A DNA stretch of 64,000 nt from Thermoanaerobaculia bacterium (lineage in GTDB: Bacteria; Acidobacteriota; Thermoanaerobaculia; Gp7-AA8). This document shows positions 63,676 through 64,000 of the stretch, piece by piece; the first letter of the stretch is position 1, and the number at the start of each line of letters is the position of its first letter. The translations under genes were made by a program, and so were the position numbers. The stretch spans positions 122 to 64,121 of the forward strand of contig DASXHZ010000058.1 of the NCBI GenBank assembly GCA_036488085.1, given 5' to 3'. The notes beneath the pieces were generated by a model. It did no database searches. It saw only the letters and a list, made by a program, of their open reading frames with translations, and was not told where the DNA came from.

Positions 63676-64000
63676 GTGCCTGACGACCCGGTCTACTTCG
63701 ACCACCACGCCACCACACCGTGCGATCCGCGCGTGGTCGAGAAGATGATGCCCTATTTTTCTGAAACTTTCGGTAACGCTGCATCGCTGACACACGTGCA
63801 GGGGCGGCGTGCCGCGAGCGCCGTCGAGGACGCCCGGATCGCCATCACACGCTTCTTTCGCGCCCAGCCCAACGAGATCTACTTCACCGCCGGCGCCACC
63901 GAGTCGAACAACATCGCGCTCAACCTCTTGGCGTCCGGCGACCACTTCGTCACCAGCGCGATCGAGCATCGGTCGATTCTCGCGCCGGCGGAGAGGCTCG
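63676..64000 (+). CDS. Cysteine desulfurase (class V aminotransferase), 5-prime partial, runs off the right edge
   Basis: GTG at 63676. VYFDHHATTPCDPRVVEKMMPYF...FGNAASLTH..GRRA...FTAGATESNNIAL is typical of IscS/NifS N-termini. Confidence 0.85.
   Translation, partial: MPDDPVYFDHHATTPCDPRVVEKMMPYFSETFGNAASLTHVQGRRAASAVEDARIAITRFFRAQPNEIYFTAGATESNNIALNLLASGDHFVTSAIEHRSILAPAERL

Overview
High-GC bacterial chromosomal window. Spot counts of single 60-nt lines give about 75% GC at 24,001 and about 47% at 16,261. Gene content and the dispersed repeat families suggest an Acidobacteriota-like soil bacterium, which is inference only. I can support about 60 protein-coding genes. I found no rRNA, tRNA or CRISPR array.

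Recognisable blocks:
- An IS256-type transposase fragment at the left edge.
- An FHA-GAF-PP2C phosphatase.
- copA.
- A MoxR-DUF58-BatA-BatB-BatC-BatD operon.
- A tricorn-like protease.
- An 11-gene chemosensory cluster (cheB, cheR, mcp, cheW, cheA, cheD, GAF, cheY, EAL, REC, sigma54 activator), with a divergent binding-protein/histidine-kinase pair next to it.
- ATL plus Ku.
- lepB-pcnB.

Best candidate for something new: an AT-richer island at about 12.3-18.1 kb. An ECF sigma factor gene is translationally coupled to a 1100-aa anti-sigma(zf-HC2)-TM-TPR-CHAT protease. Two secreted proteins follow, one of them DUF4347-like. This resembles the sigma-release logic of type III-E Craspase (TPR-CHAT plus RpoE), but there are no cas genes in the window.

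The window is also rich in non-coding structure:
- Three dispersed palindromic or low-complexity repeat families. One of them encodes the N-terminal signal peptides of BatC and BatD.
- Three independent 21/42-bp degenerate tandem arrays.

Many very long ORFs in the six-frame track are antisense artefacts of the high GC content and are rejected.
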